From a virus: DNA of 64,000 nt. The stretch is taken from positions 16,846 through 80,845 of the IMG/VR virus record IMGVR_UViG_3300032607_000303; one strand, written 5' to 3'. The position numbers and the translations under genes were made by a program. The notes under the pieces are model-generated. The model did no database searches. It had not been told where the DNA came from and worked only from the letters and a program-made list of their open reading frames with translations. Within the stretch, counting starts at the first letter, position 1; every line of letters starts with the position of its first letter. This document shows positions 1 through 9,975 of this stretch, in pieces.

Positions 1-902
1 TCAGGGTCTAGGCAGTTAAAGTGGATTGTAGCTGCTCCGCCTCTGCCACCTTGTAGGTTAGCGTGTACCGAGGCTTCTGTAGCACGATAGTAGGGAAGCT
101 TTCCAGCATGTTTGATAGTGTTATTACGAACCCCATCGCCTTTGCTGCGCGTTTGTATAAAGCCACCAATCCCTGCACTAGCACATGTCATTGTATAAGC
201 AATGTGATCGCCTGCTGCCAAACTCTTAGCATTGTCATTGCTCTTAAACACAGCACAAGATGCGTAATTCATTTTGGGAGTTCCAAGATTTACAATGTTC
301 GGCGTAGGAGCATTGATACGTCCTTCACTAAAATCTTTGTAGTAGCTCTCAACCTCTTTCATACGACTATTTCTAGGCTCATTAACGCATACACCTAAAG
401 CCATGCGCAGCCATACAAATTGTGGGGATTCCAATACAATATTCTTTTCAACATCACGAATAGAATATTTAGACGTAATCTGATGAACAACAGAATGAAT
501 GCTATTTAAGTCCTTTGTGTGATTAATAATTGTTTCAGCTACAGCTAGGTCTTCTGTTGAGTAGCCCATGTTAGACCACAGACCTTTACTGACCATGCTA
601 CTGTACATTGCAACAACTGTAGGGATTTTCTCATGCCCACCAAATGCTTGTTTGTAGATATCACCGATAAGCAAACGACCAGCCATCTTGAGGTGTGCTG
701 TGTCTTCTTTCTCTGAGCAAGCCTGAATCATAGAGTTCTGCAAGTCTTGCGTTGTGCATTCGTCAGGGCATCTCTTGTATGCATCTCCTGCAATAGCAAA
801 CCAGTCTGCTCCTACAACTCCTGCCCACTCAGCCCAACGTGTCAATTTATTAGCATCGAAATTAACAACATCTCCGTTACGCTTCTTAATATTAGAAATC
901 AT
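1..902 (-). CDS. nrdA: Ribonucleotide reductase class Ia alpha subunit, 5' part (runs off window start)
   Basis: Absent from the ORF track. Manual translation from ATG at 902: MISNIKKRNGDVVNFDANKL (ATP-cone-like start) ... HANLQGGRGGAATIHFNCLDP at the edge, the NrdA QGG-RGGA motif. Confidence 0.9.
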   Translation of the reverse strand, partial: MISNIKKRNGDVVNFDANKLTRWAEWAGVVGADWFAIAGDAYKRCPDECTTQDLQNSMIQACSEKEDTAHLKMAGRLLIGDIYKQAFGGHEKIPTVVAMYSSMVSKGLWSNMGYSTEDLAVAETIINHTKDLNSIHSVVHQITSKYSIRDVEKNIVLESPQFVWLRMALGVCVNEPRNSRMKEVESYYKDFSEGRINAPTPNIVNLGTPKMNYASCAVFKSNDNAKSLAAGDHIAYTMTCASAGIGGFIQTRSKGDGVRNNTIKHAGKLPYYRATEASVHANLQGGRGGAATIHFNCLDP

Positions 903-905
903 CTA

Positions 906-1445
906 CTACCCTTTGCTTTGCTTAAACCACAATTTGTAATCTTCTTTGCACTTTAAAGACCCACCATCTGTAAAGTATGGGCCACGAATACTCTCACACA
1001 TCGCTGCCATACACCACAAATTCTGTTCTTTAGAATGCCACTCAGGTTCTAGTTGATTGTCTGGCATACCTTCCTTAATATTTTCATCGCTGTCAAGACC
1101 ACCGTAGGCTCTAGACAATCCTGTAAGCATTCCTAATTCTTCTGTCAAGCTAATATCCGTATAAGCTGTCATTACAAGACGGTCAGCCAGACTTGCATAA
1201 GGCCCGTTACGGAAATTAGCATCACAACGTACATCACCGCACACACGAAAACTTGTGACAACTTTATTTTGCATGTTGCGATGTGTGCTAGGGACGTAAG
1301 CATAGCCATAATATTCATCTAAACCAAACATACGAAGATATTTTAACATAATATCCTCATTGCTTGGGCACAGCATATCACGCTCAGACATGTGAGACAA
1401 ACAATCAATTAGCTTTAAGTCTGTCAAAGAGATACTAAAACTCAT
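906..1445 (-). CDS. Hypothetical protein
   Basis: 179-aa ORF tightly packed upstream of nrdA. Confidence 0.7.
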   Translation of the reverse strand: MSFSISLTDLKLIDCLSHMSERDMLCPSNEDIMLKYLRMFGLDEYYGYAYVPSTHRNMQNKVVTSFRVCGDVRCDANFRNGPYASLADRLVMTAYTDISLTEELGMLTGLSRAYGGLDSDENIKEGMPDNQLEPEWHSKEQNLWCMAAMCESIRGPYFTDGGSLKCKEDYKLWFKQSKG

Positions 1446-1626
1446 ACGTATCTCCCGACATACCTTTGTATGGGCTTGTTGTATCTTTGCTCATTGCATC
1501 AATGACGCCCCGCAGCTTGCACAAGTGGGAAGCCATCGGAGGCTCTTTGTAGTCGTGGATCAAGCGCTTGTGAAGCCATGTCAGGAACTGTACATCTGTT
1601 AGTGTTGCGTTGTTTGTTGCGTTCAT
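1435..1626 (-). CDS. Hypothetical protein
   Basis: 63-aa ORF overlapping both neighbours, GGAGG SD. Confidence 0.65.
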   Translation of the reverse strand: MNATNNATLTDVQFLTWLHKRLIHDYKEPPMASHLCKLRGVIDAMSKDTTSPYKGMSGDTYEF

Positions 1627-2090
1627 TACATACCTCCCTTAAAGAAGTGGTCAGGGATAAGATTGCTAATATCAACACTTTTAAAATTTGATGGTTTACG
1701 TATCTTACCATTAGAGTCTGTGATTACAAATACTTTATGTTCTTCGTTAAATGTTGCTGTAAACTCAGAATCATATGGTACAGGTTTTCCAATAGGTATG
1801 TATTTACTATTATTATTGTCGCATACTTTTTTCAATGCTTCTTCTACATTAAATCCAGCAGCCTCAAGTTTCTGCATTAGGCCAGCCACTGTAACAAATA
1901 GGTCGCAGGCTGCGTCCAACAACTCTACAGAGTCTTTCTGCTCAAAGGCGTCTACACATTCTGCAAATTCTTCCCATATAAACGATATTTGATTGTCTAC
2001 GCTAAATTCGTCAACGTCGAGTAGGTTGCCAGCCACAGAGTTAAATACTCTTGTGCTTTCGTACGCTGCTGCAATGCTTTCATTATTCAT
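1626..2090 (-). CDS. MazG-like/PRA-PH family nucleoside triphosphate pyrophosphohydrolase
   Basis: EEFAE...ELLDAACD acidic motif, NNSK and GKIRKP tail typical of the phage NTP-PPase family. Confidence 0.8.
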   Translation of the reverse strand: MNNESIAAAYESTRVFNSVAGNLLDVDEFSVDNQISFIWEEFAECVDAFEQKDSVELLDAACDLFVTVAGLMQKLEAAGFNVEEALKKVCDNNNSKYIPIGKPVPYDSEFTATFNEEHKVFVITDSNGKIRKPSNFKSVDISNLIPDHFFKGGM

Positions 2091-2102
2091 ACTATCCTTG
2101 TG

Positions 2103-2348
2103 TTATATATTCTGGCTCACCAGCCATTGTTTCAGATTAGGCTCGTGAGATATTTGGTAGTAATTATTATACACTACCTGCTCACTATAAAGCAACATAT
2201 CTTCTACACTTATAATACAATCCCCTTCCGGAGTTTGGTCAATGATTGTTGCGAAGGATACAAGTGGCTGTATAGAAATGCAGCCATTAGAATAGCATGT
2301 TAGGGCTAATGGTAGAGAGCCTATTTGGATTGGGTTAGTTGCTTGCAT
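2103..2348 (-). CDS. Hypothetical protein
   Basis: 81-aa ORF filling the gap in the operon. Confidence 0.55.
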   Translation of the reverse strand: MQATNPIQIGSLPLALTCYSNGCISIQPLVSFATIIDQTPEGDCIISVEDMLLYSEQVVYNNYYQISHEPNLKQWLVSQNI

Positions 2349-2909
2349 CTACAACCTTTTCCCGTGGTCTTCAGTGTATCCAGCACCTGCACTGTTTAGC
2401 AATTCTACCATTTTTGACCGATACTTGATAGCCATTTCCAATGCGTCTTCGCCAAACACCTTTATAGAGAAGGATTTGGTGCTTTGTCTGCCCTCTAGTG
2501 TTTGCCAAGACGCTCGCCAGTACATGTTTCCAAGTTTTTCACTGAGGGATACTCCGACAACACCTGAAGTATTATCAACCCTCTTTTTATGGTTTCGTGA
2601 GTTAAAGATAGGTTCTACTGCACGCAGATTACCTATGTTGTTATTCGACCTTACACCATCTATGTGGTCAATTTGAAACCCCTCTGGGATATTCCCATTA
2701 AATATTTCCCATACGATCCTGTGTACACCAGTCAACCTTCCCTTAAATCGGACAATAAAGTATTCGTGTACCTTATTGAACCCTCCTGCCTCGTCGCCAA
2801 CTGAAACATTTATGTGTGAGCCAGAAGCCCCGCTACAAATCTCTCTATTCCAACGAAGGCAACTCTTACTACTCTCATCATAAAGAAACCAATCTTTGTA
2901 TTTCCCCAT
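2349..2909 (-). CDS. HNH homing endonuclease with AP2-like C-terminus
   Basis: HRIVWE...IDHIDGVRSNNNIGNLR; NTSGVVGV; KSFS...A..YR. Confidence 0.88.
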   Translation of the reverse strand: MGKYKDWFLYDESSKSCLRWNREICSGASGSHINVSVGDEAGGFNKVHEYFIVRFKGRLTGVHRIVWEIFNGNIPEGFQIDHIDGVRSNNNIGNLRAVEPIFNSRNHKKRVDNTSGVVGVSLSEKLGNMYWRASWQTLEGRQSTKSFSIKVFGEDALEMAIKYRSKMVELLNSAGAGYTEDHGKRL

Positions 2910-3742
2910 TACAGCACCATAGGGAATAATACTGGGTGGGAGTCGATGATGGCCCCTACACCTATGATGGGCCGCTTAAGTTGCAACTTGTTGTAAGCCA
3001 TCGCCAAAGACTTCCCATCAACTAAGCACCCTACTTGCATACTCCAGAATAGGTCGTTTGGGTTACTCCAATACCCGATATTGAACTCGGAGTGATGATG
3101 CTCTTGCACGCAATTCATAGCGTAGCTTTGTGACAACTTAACACCATTTGCACTTTTTCCATGTGTGAAGTAACAACTCTGCCCATTCGGAAGAACAATC
3201 GTCATATCGTCATGCCAGCGCCAACCTTTGTCCACACCAAGAATATCTCCGTAGTCTTTTATATATGCCCGAGGGATGCCCGCTGTCATGGATTTCCGTA
3301 GGTGCAAACTTCCATGATTACTTTCAAGAATGTCCATTTGTGGAAATAGCTTGAACAACTTGGCTATAACTTTCTTAGCCGCATGTAATTCATCTCCGGC
3401 AGAAGGCATGTCTGGGTTGTGCTCATGATAGGATTGCGCTGCGGCATCAACCTCGTCACCAACAGAGATAATTCTTGTAAACTTGTGCTTGTTATGGAGT
3501 TCTTCCAAAAAATTAATTGCATTAGGGTGGCACCAAGGAGCGTGTAGGTCACTTATCACCAAGATTCTGGAGTTATCATGTACAACAGTCTCTACAGGTT
3601 CCTTAAACGCCTCATACTTACGCAAAAAGTCCGACACAGAACTCTTTGGAACCTTCAATACTTTGCTAATACCTCTCCAAGAAATTGCACCTGTGTTATT
3701 CAGACTAATGGCAGACTCTTCCCAGCTTTTAACAATACTCAT
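2909..3742 (-). CDS. Calcineurin-like metallophosphoesterase with N-terminal HTH-like segment
   Basis: SDLH, GDEVD, SNHG, THG, HHH metal-binding motifs. Confidence 0.85.
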   Translation of the reverse strand: MSIVKSWEESAISLNNTGAISWRGISKVLKVPKSSVSDFLRKYEAFKEPVETVVHDNSRILVISDLHAPWCHPNAINFLEELHNKHKFTRIISVGDEVDAAAQSYHEHNPDMPSAGDELHAAKKVIAKLFKLFPQMDILESNHGSLHLRKSMTAGIPRAYIKDYGDILGVDKGWRWHDDMTIVLPNGQSCYFTHGKSANGVKLSQSYAMNCVQEHHHSEFNIGYWSNPNDLFWSMQVGCLVDGKSLAMAYNKLQLKRPIIGVGAIIDSHPVLFPMVL

Positions 3743-3768
3743 ATCTCTCCTAAATTACTATAAATTGA

Positions 3769-3782
3769 AAGCCCGAAGGCTT
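3769..3782 (-). terminator. Hairpin with UUCG loop (terminator or processing site)
   Basis: Minus strand AAGCC-TTCG-GGCTT followed by a T-rich tract. Confidence 0.55.
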
Positions 3783-3830
3783 CCTATGATTCCTATGATT
3801 GCTAAGCTACTCTAATGTATCTAATAGCTA

Positions 3831-4277
3831 TTACATAGGCTCATTCCGAAGCATCTCATTTAACTCGTTACTAACTTCCAAGTAAAGGTCAGACATTTCT
3901 TTCAGCTTATCTCTCACACACTCTACTTCAACACGTTTAGCTTCAATGATAGCCTTACGAGTATTCTGTTCCAACAATTTCTCAGCAACTACAAGCTCCC
4001 ATACCGCTGTTGTAATATATTGCTGCGCTGTGAGTTTATCTCGTTCAGCTTCGTAGAGGGATTGTAGGGAAGGCTTTTTACAGGACTCTACAAGTTTGAA
4101 CCTCTCGGCGTTCCATTGCGGCAATTCTGCTGATACTCCAACCATATCCTCTACTGTACCATCCCAACTATTACCGTAGTATAGAATTGTGTATTCTTTA
4201 CCTTTTTTAAGATTAGAACCCCATGAATTTTCATCATAAGTACATATAACACGGTCACCTACATTAAATTTAGCCAT
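3831..4277 (-). CDS. Hypothetical protein (SH3-like N-terminus, coiled coil)
   Basis: MAKFNVGDRV start after AGGAGA SD. Confidence 0.7.
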   Translation of the reverse strand: MAKFNVGDRVICTYDENSWGSNLKKGKEYTILYYGNSWDGTVEDMVGVSAELPQWNAERFKLVESCKKPSLQSLYEAERDKLTAQQYITTAVWELVVAEKLLEQNTRKAIIEAKRVEVECVRDKLKEMSDLYLEVSNELNEMLRNEPM

Positions 4278-4287
4278 TTGTTTCTCC

Positions 4288-4515
4288 TTATTTAGATTCA
4301 TTGTAGACTGCTTGCAATACTTTAATCAGTTTAGCGATGTCTGTTGAATAGATTGGGATAGTGTCTACCAATCCTAAGCGAGAACTTACCAGTGTAATAG
4401 CAGATATCCCTACTTTGTCTGGAAATGTTACTTTGTAAAGGCCACCATCATCATTAATAAATTGATATCCTTCATATTCAATTTCATTTACTTGCTCAAT
4501 ATTCTTAAATGCCAT
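4288..4515 (-). CDS. Hypothetical protein
   Basis: MAFKNIEQ start after AGGAGA SD. Confidence 0.6.
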   Translation of the reverse strand: MAFKNIEQVNEIEYEGYQFINDDGGLYKVTFPDKVGISAITLVSSRLGLVDTIPIYSTDIAKLIKVLQAVYNESK

Positions 4516-5062
4516 GCTGTTCTCCTTTAAGTATTTCATAAACGGCTGCTTCACGTTTCTTTGCATTACTCACTGCAACACCATCATACTTGTGTTTCTT
4601 TAAGTACGCAAGTAGTTGCGCAGAAGATTTATCTTTAATTACTGCCAATACTCTCTTACGTAGGAAAGCTTCTTCCATTGTGATGTTTAGACGCTCCGCT
4701 AAAGTATGGCAGTCATGGCAATTCTTGTCCAAAACTCTGAGGTTGTCAGTTTCACAATAAAGATTGTTGGCAAACGCCCCGATATCCTCCCACTTCAAGA
4801 TGCTACCTGCTGCGACAGGGTGATGGTCAACAATTACGTTCTTCCCAAGGTGCCACTCTCCGCACATTGCACACTGGTACTCCCATTTCTGGAGCCTATT
4901 TGGGCCTTTGTAAGCCCGCCTAGCAAGCTTCAAAGCTTCTGCACGAGGAGGCCATCGTAAGGATTTAGAGCGTAGTGCTGAACGAATCCAAGCAAGATAT
5001 GCACTCTCAGTCATTGTTCCGCCACACCGTACAAGGGGTTCTTTAGGCTTCTTAGTTGCCAT
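4505..5062 (-). CDS. HNH-family Zn-binding nuclease
   Basis: YQCAMC...VDHH...NLRVLDKNCH. Confidence 0.75.
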   Translation of the reverse strand: MATKKPKEPLVRCGGTMTESAYLAWIRSALRSKSLRWPPRAEALKLARRAYKGPNRLQKWEYQCAMCGEWHLGKNVIVDHHPVAAGSILKWEDIGAFANNLYCETDNLRVLDKNCHDCHTLAERLNITMEEAFLRKRVLAVIKDKSSAQLLAYLKKHKYDGVAVSNAKKREAAVYEILKGEQHGI

Positions 5063-5074
5063 CAATTATCTTTC

Positions 5075-5299
5075 TTAGGCGTCATCAAGACTTCTACTGT
5101 CTGAAAGAATCATGCTTGCTACACCATCTGCAAGCTCAAACTGTAACTTGAGGCTACCTATATCTGCTGTAGGGAGTGTTTCGCTATTAACTGTCAATAT
5201 AAATCTATCCATACATAGCATAAACTGGTTACGTGCTTCCAAAATAAAGTTTCGTTCATTATATTGGGTCTTTGACAAATTGCTAAATGGTACGTACAT
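5075..5299 (-). CDS. Hypothetical protein
   Basis: 74-aa ORF with GGAG SD. Confidence 0.55.
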   Translation of the reverse strand: MYVPFSNLSKTQYNERNFILEARNQFMLCMDRFILTVNSETLPTADIGSLKLQFELADGVASMILSDSRSLDDA

Positions 5300-5465
5300 T
5301 ATTTCTCCGTTGTAAAGTTAGTTGTGTCGGTAAACACGATAGTATTCCCTTCATCATTTATCACTAAGAAGTTTCCATTACTCATACCTATCAAAGTAAA
5401 TATCTTATTTTGATATTCTAGTTCTTCTGGCGTCAATCTAAACGGCTTATAAAATTTAATCTTCA

Positions 5466-6164
5466 TCACAGCGCCCCGTCGAGCACATTAATAGATTCCA
5501 TCAAGTTAATCATATCATGATCGTTGTCAGCCTTAAATGGATTGTCAAAGCCTGCCCAGTAAACTTCGTATGCTCCTTCATTAATGGACACAGATGCTCC
5601 TGTAGAGAGTGTGAAGGACTTAATAGCATCCAACAAGTTGTCTGCATCAGCGTCTAGCAAAGTTTCTTGAGGCATATCATAGTCCGTACCACACTTACCA
5701 CAATCGCACTTGCTGATGTTATCATGGCAAATATAACAAGTAAGGTCTTGTTCAGGCACCTCTATAAATTCTTCACATTCACAACCTGCAGTGCTTGAGC
5801 AGAAGAAGCATGGCTCATTGACGCTAGTGAACGCTTCCTTGCAATCAGGACATTCACACCATGCGCATCCTTCTGGTTGTTCTGTAGTGGCCTCTGGAAC
5901 ATTTTTGTTAATTGCTTTGATATAATCTTCTAATTTCTTCATAGCATCCTCTTGTTGTGTGTTCTCATTTGGGAGAGGAATCCAAATACCTTTTTGTACT
6001 AGACCCTCTACAGTTTTTAGAGTATAGGTTACGCTCCCATTGGGCCAACTAACATTACAATTACTGTCTCCAATAGGAGTACAAGTGAAGTGTGTATTTT
6101 CATAATTAAAGTGCGAAACTTGGAAAGGCTTTGTGAAATCAACTTGTTTAGTGTTAGTGGTCAT
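5466..6164 (-). CDS. Hypothetical protein with Cys-rich central region
   Basis: Three CxxC..C clusters. Confidence 0.7.
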   Translation of the reverse strand: MTTNTKQVDFTKPFQVSHFNYENTHFTCTPIGDSNCNVSWPNGSVTYTLKTVEGLVQKGIWIPLPNENTQQEDAMKKLEDYIKAINKNVPEATTEQPEGCAWCECPDCKEAFTSVNEPCFFCSSTAGCECEEFIEVPEQDLTCYICHDNISKCDCGKCGTDYDMPQETLLDADADNLLDAIKSFTLSTGASVSINEGAYEVYWAGFDNPFKADNDHDMINLMESINVLDGAL

Positions 6165-6194
6165 AGGTGCTTTCTAGGTTTGTTGGAGGTAATG

Positions 6195-7220
6195 TTAAAA
6201 TGAAATTTGTAGTTTTGTTAGGAGTGCTTTTACGTTTGTTGGTTGTTCGTCTTTCTTCCGCAACATCTTAGCAAGATCAAAGCATTCTTGCAAGACATAT
6301 AACCAATCAATTTTAATCTTATCGCCTCTCCAACCTACTACTACTTTAGGCTCAGGGTAGAGTTTCTTATACCCTTTTACAAGTGCTTCAAAGGCTTGCT
6401 TGTCATTAGTACATTCAGATAGTAGATTGAATGCTGCAATATCACCATGTTTCACATCAGAGAAGCAAGCCGCAGAAAAATTGTCGCTCGCATCTTGTCC
6501 CATAACCTGCCAGTAAAGGTGCAACCTACCCCACCCTCTAACCTTACCCTTATCATCACGAGCAATCTTACCGAATCCAACTCGTAACTCTGGCTTGCTA
6601 CATTGCCCCACATGATACTGCCACGAGTCTACTTGGCACAAGTCTTTGTCAGCGAAAGTGATAATTCCCTTATCAGATTCCCTACCTGTTGCCTTCCATT
6701 TTGTGTAAGCATTTAGGCCAGCTTCAGAAACCGCATCGTCACTCTCAGCCCCCTCAATAAATATACAGTTGTGTTCATCAACCATATATTGCTTTAAGGC
6801 TGACAAGTGAATAGGGCGCATACCTACTAACTCCCGTTGCCCTTTGTATTTCCATAGAGTGGACATTTGTACACGATCTAGCTCACCACGACCTACAAAG
6901 CCTACGTAGCTGCTTGCGCCAGTTTCTTCAAGAAGTCCTTGTAAGCGTGTGTCTACGGACTTCTTAGCTCTCTCTAGTGGCAAGGCTTCTTGGTGTTCTG
7001 TAAAGGTGAACTCGTCAGGCTTCAGGGATGCAAAGTTTAGTTCGTTGTATTCTTGAACAAACCCACCCTCTCTCTTTGGAGCCTTCCCCCAAAGTTCGGT
7101 CTTATTCTTCAACTTTATAGGTTCAGGAATGCCAGGGTGAGTTGCTAGAATGTATGTCTCCTGAAAAACACAAGCCACTGTGTAGCAGATAAAGTCGGCA
7201 TCAAGAATTAGGTAGCTCAT
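6195..7220 (-). CDS. 5'-3' exonuclease (T7 gp6/PIN-like fold)
   Basis: ILDADF, YKGQR, AESDD, DKDL, DASDN acidic motifs; likely start MSYLIL at 7220. Confidence 0.85.
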   Translation of the reverse strand: MSYLILDADFICYTVACVFQETYILATHPGIPEPIKLKNKTELWGKAPKREGGFVQEYNELNFASLKPDEFTFTEHQEALPLERAKKSVDTRLQGLLEETGASSYVGFVGRGELDRVQMSTLWKYKGQRELVGMRPIHLSALKQYMVDEHNCIFIEGAESDDAVSEAGLNAYTKWKATGRESDKGIITFADKDLCQVDSWQYHVGQCSKPELRVGFGKIARDDKGKVRGWGRLHLYWQVMGQDASDNFSAACFSDVKHGDIAAFNLLSECTNDKQAFEALVKGYKKLYPEPKVVVGWRGDKIKIDWLYVLQECFDLAKMLRKKDEQPTNVKALLTKLQISF

Positions 7221-7816
7221 AGCGCAGCACCATGCCCTTCCGAATAACCAGCACCCTCTGTATTTCTCTGCTCTAGCATATTTACACGGCACTGACAAGC
7301 CATCTTGAAAGCAACTTCATTACCTAATCTGTCTATGGAAAAGTATTTATTAACCCTCTTACCTTCGGAGTTGGCAAAGTATGCACCCCAATACTCCCGA
7401 ACAAGTCCGCTCTTATCGGTATTTACTTTCTTAGATACACCTACAACACCTGATGAGTTTGCTACTGACATAGACCTATTACGATTATTAACCGAGTTAG
7501 TTGTAACTCTAAGGTTTGATATTAGGTTATTAGTTCTATCCCTGTCTACATGATCTATTGGTTTTATACCCAAACCACCGTTGTGAAGTTCGTAGATTAT
7601 CCTGTGGCACAGGTAGGATACAAAGTTAAGGCTTACAACATAATACCCAATACCCTTATGAAAACCTCCAGCTTCGTCGCCGGCAAGCGCCTTGATAATC
7701 TTACCATTACTACCACTTCGCCAATCTTTAACTCGCCTCAAACCTGTCTTAGAAGTTGAATCGTAGTAAAAGTGCTCTGACCAATCTATACCTGAACTAT
7801 CTTTTGCTGTCGTCAT
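7217..7816 (-). CDS. HNH homing endonuclease with AP2-like C-terminus
   Basis: HRIIYE...IDHVDRDRTNNLISNLR; NSSGVVGV. Confidence 0.88.
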   Translation of the reverse strand: MTTAKDSSGIDWSEHFYYDSTSKTGLRRVKDWRSGSNGKIIKALAGDEAGGFHKGIGYYVVSLNFVSYLCHRIIYELHNGGLGIKPIDHVDRDRTNNLISNLRVTTNSVNNRNRSMSVANSSGVVGVSKKVNTDKSGLVREYWGAYFANSEGKRVNKYFSIDRLGNEVAFKMACQCRVNMLEQRNTEGAGYSEGHGAAL

Positions 7817-7880
7817 CCGTACCTCTCAAAAATAAAGCCCACACCTTTTAGAGTGCAGGCTATTTAACTAATCAGTTATA

Positions 7881-8522
7881 TTAAAAAGGACTTTGATCGC
7901 CGTCATCTTCCATCTCTACAACCTTAGCCTTGACAGGCTTCACAGGACGACTATTCAATACTTCCTCTCGTGCCGCTTCAGTCTTAATCGGCTTACTGCC
8001 GAACTCATTACCCGATTTGCCGCCACCCGAAGATTCGTACTCAATAAACTTGTCTTCATCCATGAGCACGTTCTGGAGCCGCGAAAAAGTGCCGTAGTCA
8101 TTTGAGGAAATGTAATAACTAACCTTACCGAAACTGCCATTTGCAATCAAACGACTTTGACCAATTTCTGTACGGTTACCATCAGCATCGTCAATGTAAA
8201 TCTTAGGCCGGAAGTTATCATCTACTGGAACACCGTCGTTAGTAGCTTGACGCTTTAGTTTGATGCCGTAGACATTCTTTTCACCTTTAAGATGTGCTGG
8301 AATAGGGATACGGTACTTGGCTTCAAAGTCTACCGCTTTGATTTTCTTGGAAGGCTGCTTCTTAAAAGTTTCATCCCATTTCTCGGCAGTGTCTTCGTCA
8401 ACAATAACCTCAACAGACCATTCTTTCTCTGTCGATTGATATTTGGTGTCGGGCATACCTACTTTTGCATATACCAGAGTGCCTTCGATGATGCCGAATG
8501 TGTTTTTAGCTTTAGTTGCCAT
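7881..8522 (-). CDS. Single-stranded DNA-binding protein (T7 gp2.5-like)
   Basis: YAKV..PD, IANGS, acidic tail ending in PF; sits in the replication module. Confidence 0.7.
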   Translation of the reverse strand: MATKAKNTFGIIEGTLVYAKVGMPDTKYQSTEKEWSVEVIVDEDTAEKWDETFKKQPSKKIKAVDFEAKYRIPIPAHLKGEKNVYGIKLKRQATNDGVPVDDNFRPKIYIDDADGNRTEIGQSRLIANGSFGKVSYYISSNDYGTFSRLQNVLMDEDKFIEYESSGGGKSGNEFGSKPIKTEAAREEVLNSRPVKPVKAKVVEMEDDGDQSPF

Positions 8523-8600
8523 TGTTTTAGTTCCTGTTTAGATTACTATTAAGTGCTACGGTGCACTTGCTCTCAGCCTCCGTGCAGGCTGTTTTAAACT

Positions 8601-8677
8601 TGGTGTCCCGAGTCAGACTTGAACTGACGACCAATCCCTTATGAGGGGAGTGCTCTGACCAACTGAGCTATCGGGAC
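8601..8677 (-). tRNA. tRNA with CAT anticodon, probably tRNA-Ile2
   Basis: Cloverleaf GTCCCGA/TCGGGAC-A-CCA, loop CTCATAA, TTCAAGT T-loop; C4-G69 and C5-G68 match known TilS determinants. Confidence 0.88.
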
Positions 8678-8696
8678 ATAACGACTTGAAGACGCT

Positions 8697-8726
8697 ATTA
8701 TAATTCACCTAATAATAACCTGTCAA
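8697..8726 (-). promoter_or_regulatory. Sigma70 promoter for the tRNA and SSB
   Basis: TTGACA-18-TATAAT on the minus strand. Confidence 0.75.
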
Positions 8727-8875
8727 GCAACTATTTCAATAATTCTTGACAATCTCTGCCACAATGTTCATCAAATTAACACCTAAACAGAATCCATAAG
8801 TTGCCCTGTGTGGCGTCCCTGCTATCAAACAATACGCAGAGAATGCTACTAGGAATAGGAGGAATGCTAAAAACA

Positions 8876-9166
8876 TCAAATAAACCCCTTCACAATCCAC
8901 CCTGCACCCAATGCTACAAATGGCTTCAGAAAGCTAACTTTCAAATCATGCCAGATATCCTCATCACTGTCCTTCTTAGGAACATGCTGCTTAGTGGCAT
9001 ACCCTACAACGCATACCAATCCAATAGCTGCTGGAATCGTGATAGGAATCATACCAAATGTCGTCACAATAAACCAGCCCCACAAGATGCTGAAAGCCCA
9101 TCCGTTTAAGACAATAGAGACTGCTGCCAAACTAAGTTGACCAAGTACAGTAGCAAATTTATTCAT
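8876..9166 (-). CDS. Membrane protein
   Basis: Three hydrophobic segments, GGAGG SD. Confidence 0.7.
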   Translation of the reverse strand: MNKFATVLGQLSLAAVSIVLNGWAFSILWGWFIVTTFGMIPITIPAAIGLVCVVGYATKQHVPKKDSDEDIWHDLKVSFLKPFVALGAGWIVKGFI

Positions 9167-9418
9167 CGCTTCCCTCCAAAATGTTCCTTCATATATTCCT
9201 TATACATTTCCCAAGCAATTAACATTTGTGTGTAGTAGCTCATTCGTCGTAAGCTCCTGCAAGTGTAATTGAAATTATTTCATAACTATAATTATCATTT
9301 TCTTCACTCTCAAGTGTATTTACATGAATAGCAGCGTCACCATAACTCTTGAATGCTTTGATAATTCGTGTCGAACAGTAGTCTGACAAGTCTGTTTCTT
9401 CAATCAAAAAGATTTCCA

Positions 9419-9763
9419 TTATGTTTTATCTTTATAAAAATATTTTCTACTATCAACGTAGTAATATTGCTTGTCATAGCGATCATACTCAAACTTACCA
9501 ATCGCTGTGTATTCCTTTCCGTTTACAATGAAGTCTTGCACATACTCATCGCAACCACAATTACCAGAACCTTCGCAATCCTGAAAAGCTTCCTGCTCAA
9601 ACCTATCCATTAGGTAACATTCAGCTTTTTCTAAGCTATCATATACGTGGTTTTGAATGTTCATACGCAGATTGTACAAATTATTTTTAGCCTCTGTAAG
9701 ACTAATCTCCATGTCTCGTACAATCAATTCTGCTACTGCAATCTTGCCTTTAATATTATCCAT
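9419..9763 (-). CDS. Hypothetical protein
   Basis: 114-aa ORF coupled to neighbours. Confidence 0.65.
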   Translation of the reverse strand: MDNIKGKIAVAELIVRDMEISLTEAKNNLYNLRMNIQNHVYDSLEKAECYLMDRFEQEAFQDCEGSGNCGCDEYVQDFIVNGKEYTAIGKFEYDRYDKQYYYVDSRKYFYKDKT

Positions 9764-9975
9764 TATTTCTCCAATACATATCGACTATAAATAGTTTCAA
9801 AGTCCGTCCCATTTTCCTCTACGCTCACAACTGTAGAAGTGATTGTCCAAATGCCTGACAAGTGGTTTCGATAATGCTTGATAGGAATTACATCGTGTTG
9901 CTCTCCTACGATTGGTGAGCCAGCCCCTTTAAACTCTCTGTAGAATACAATTGGTTTGTCTTCGTATTTCTTCAT
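9763..9975 (-). CDS. Hypothetical protein
   Basis: MKKYEDK start after AGGAGA SD. Confidence 0.6.
   Translation of the reverse strand: MKKYEDKPIVFYREFKGAGSPIVGEQHDVIPIKHYRNHLSGIWTITSTVVSVEENGTDFETIYSRYVLEK

Noticed and set aside
63-956. Plus-strand ORFs in the track
   Set aside because: Antisense shadows of nrdA; the same applies to most short opposite-strand ORFs in the window
8601-8677. tRNA as attP or prophage boundary
   Set aside because: Phage genes on both sides, no duplicated 3' end and no integrase seen in the window
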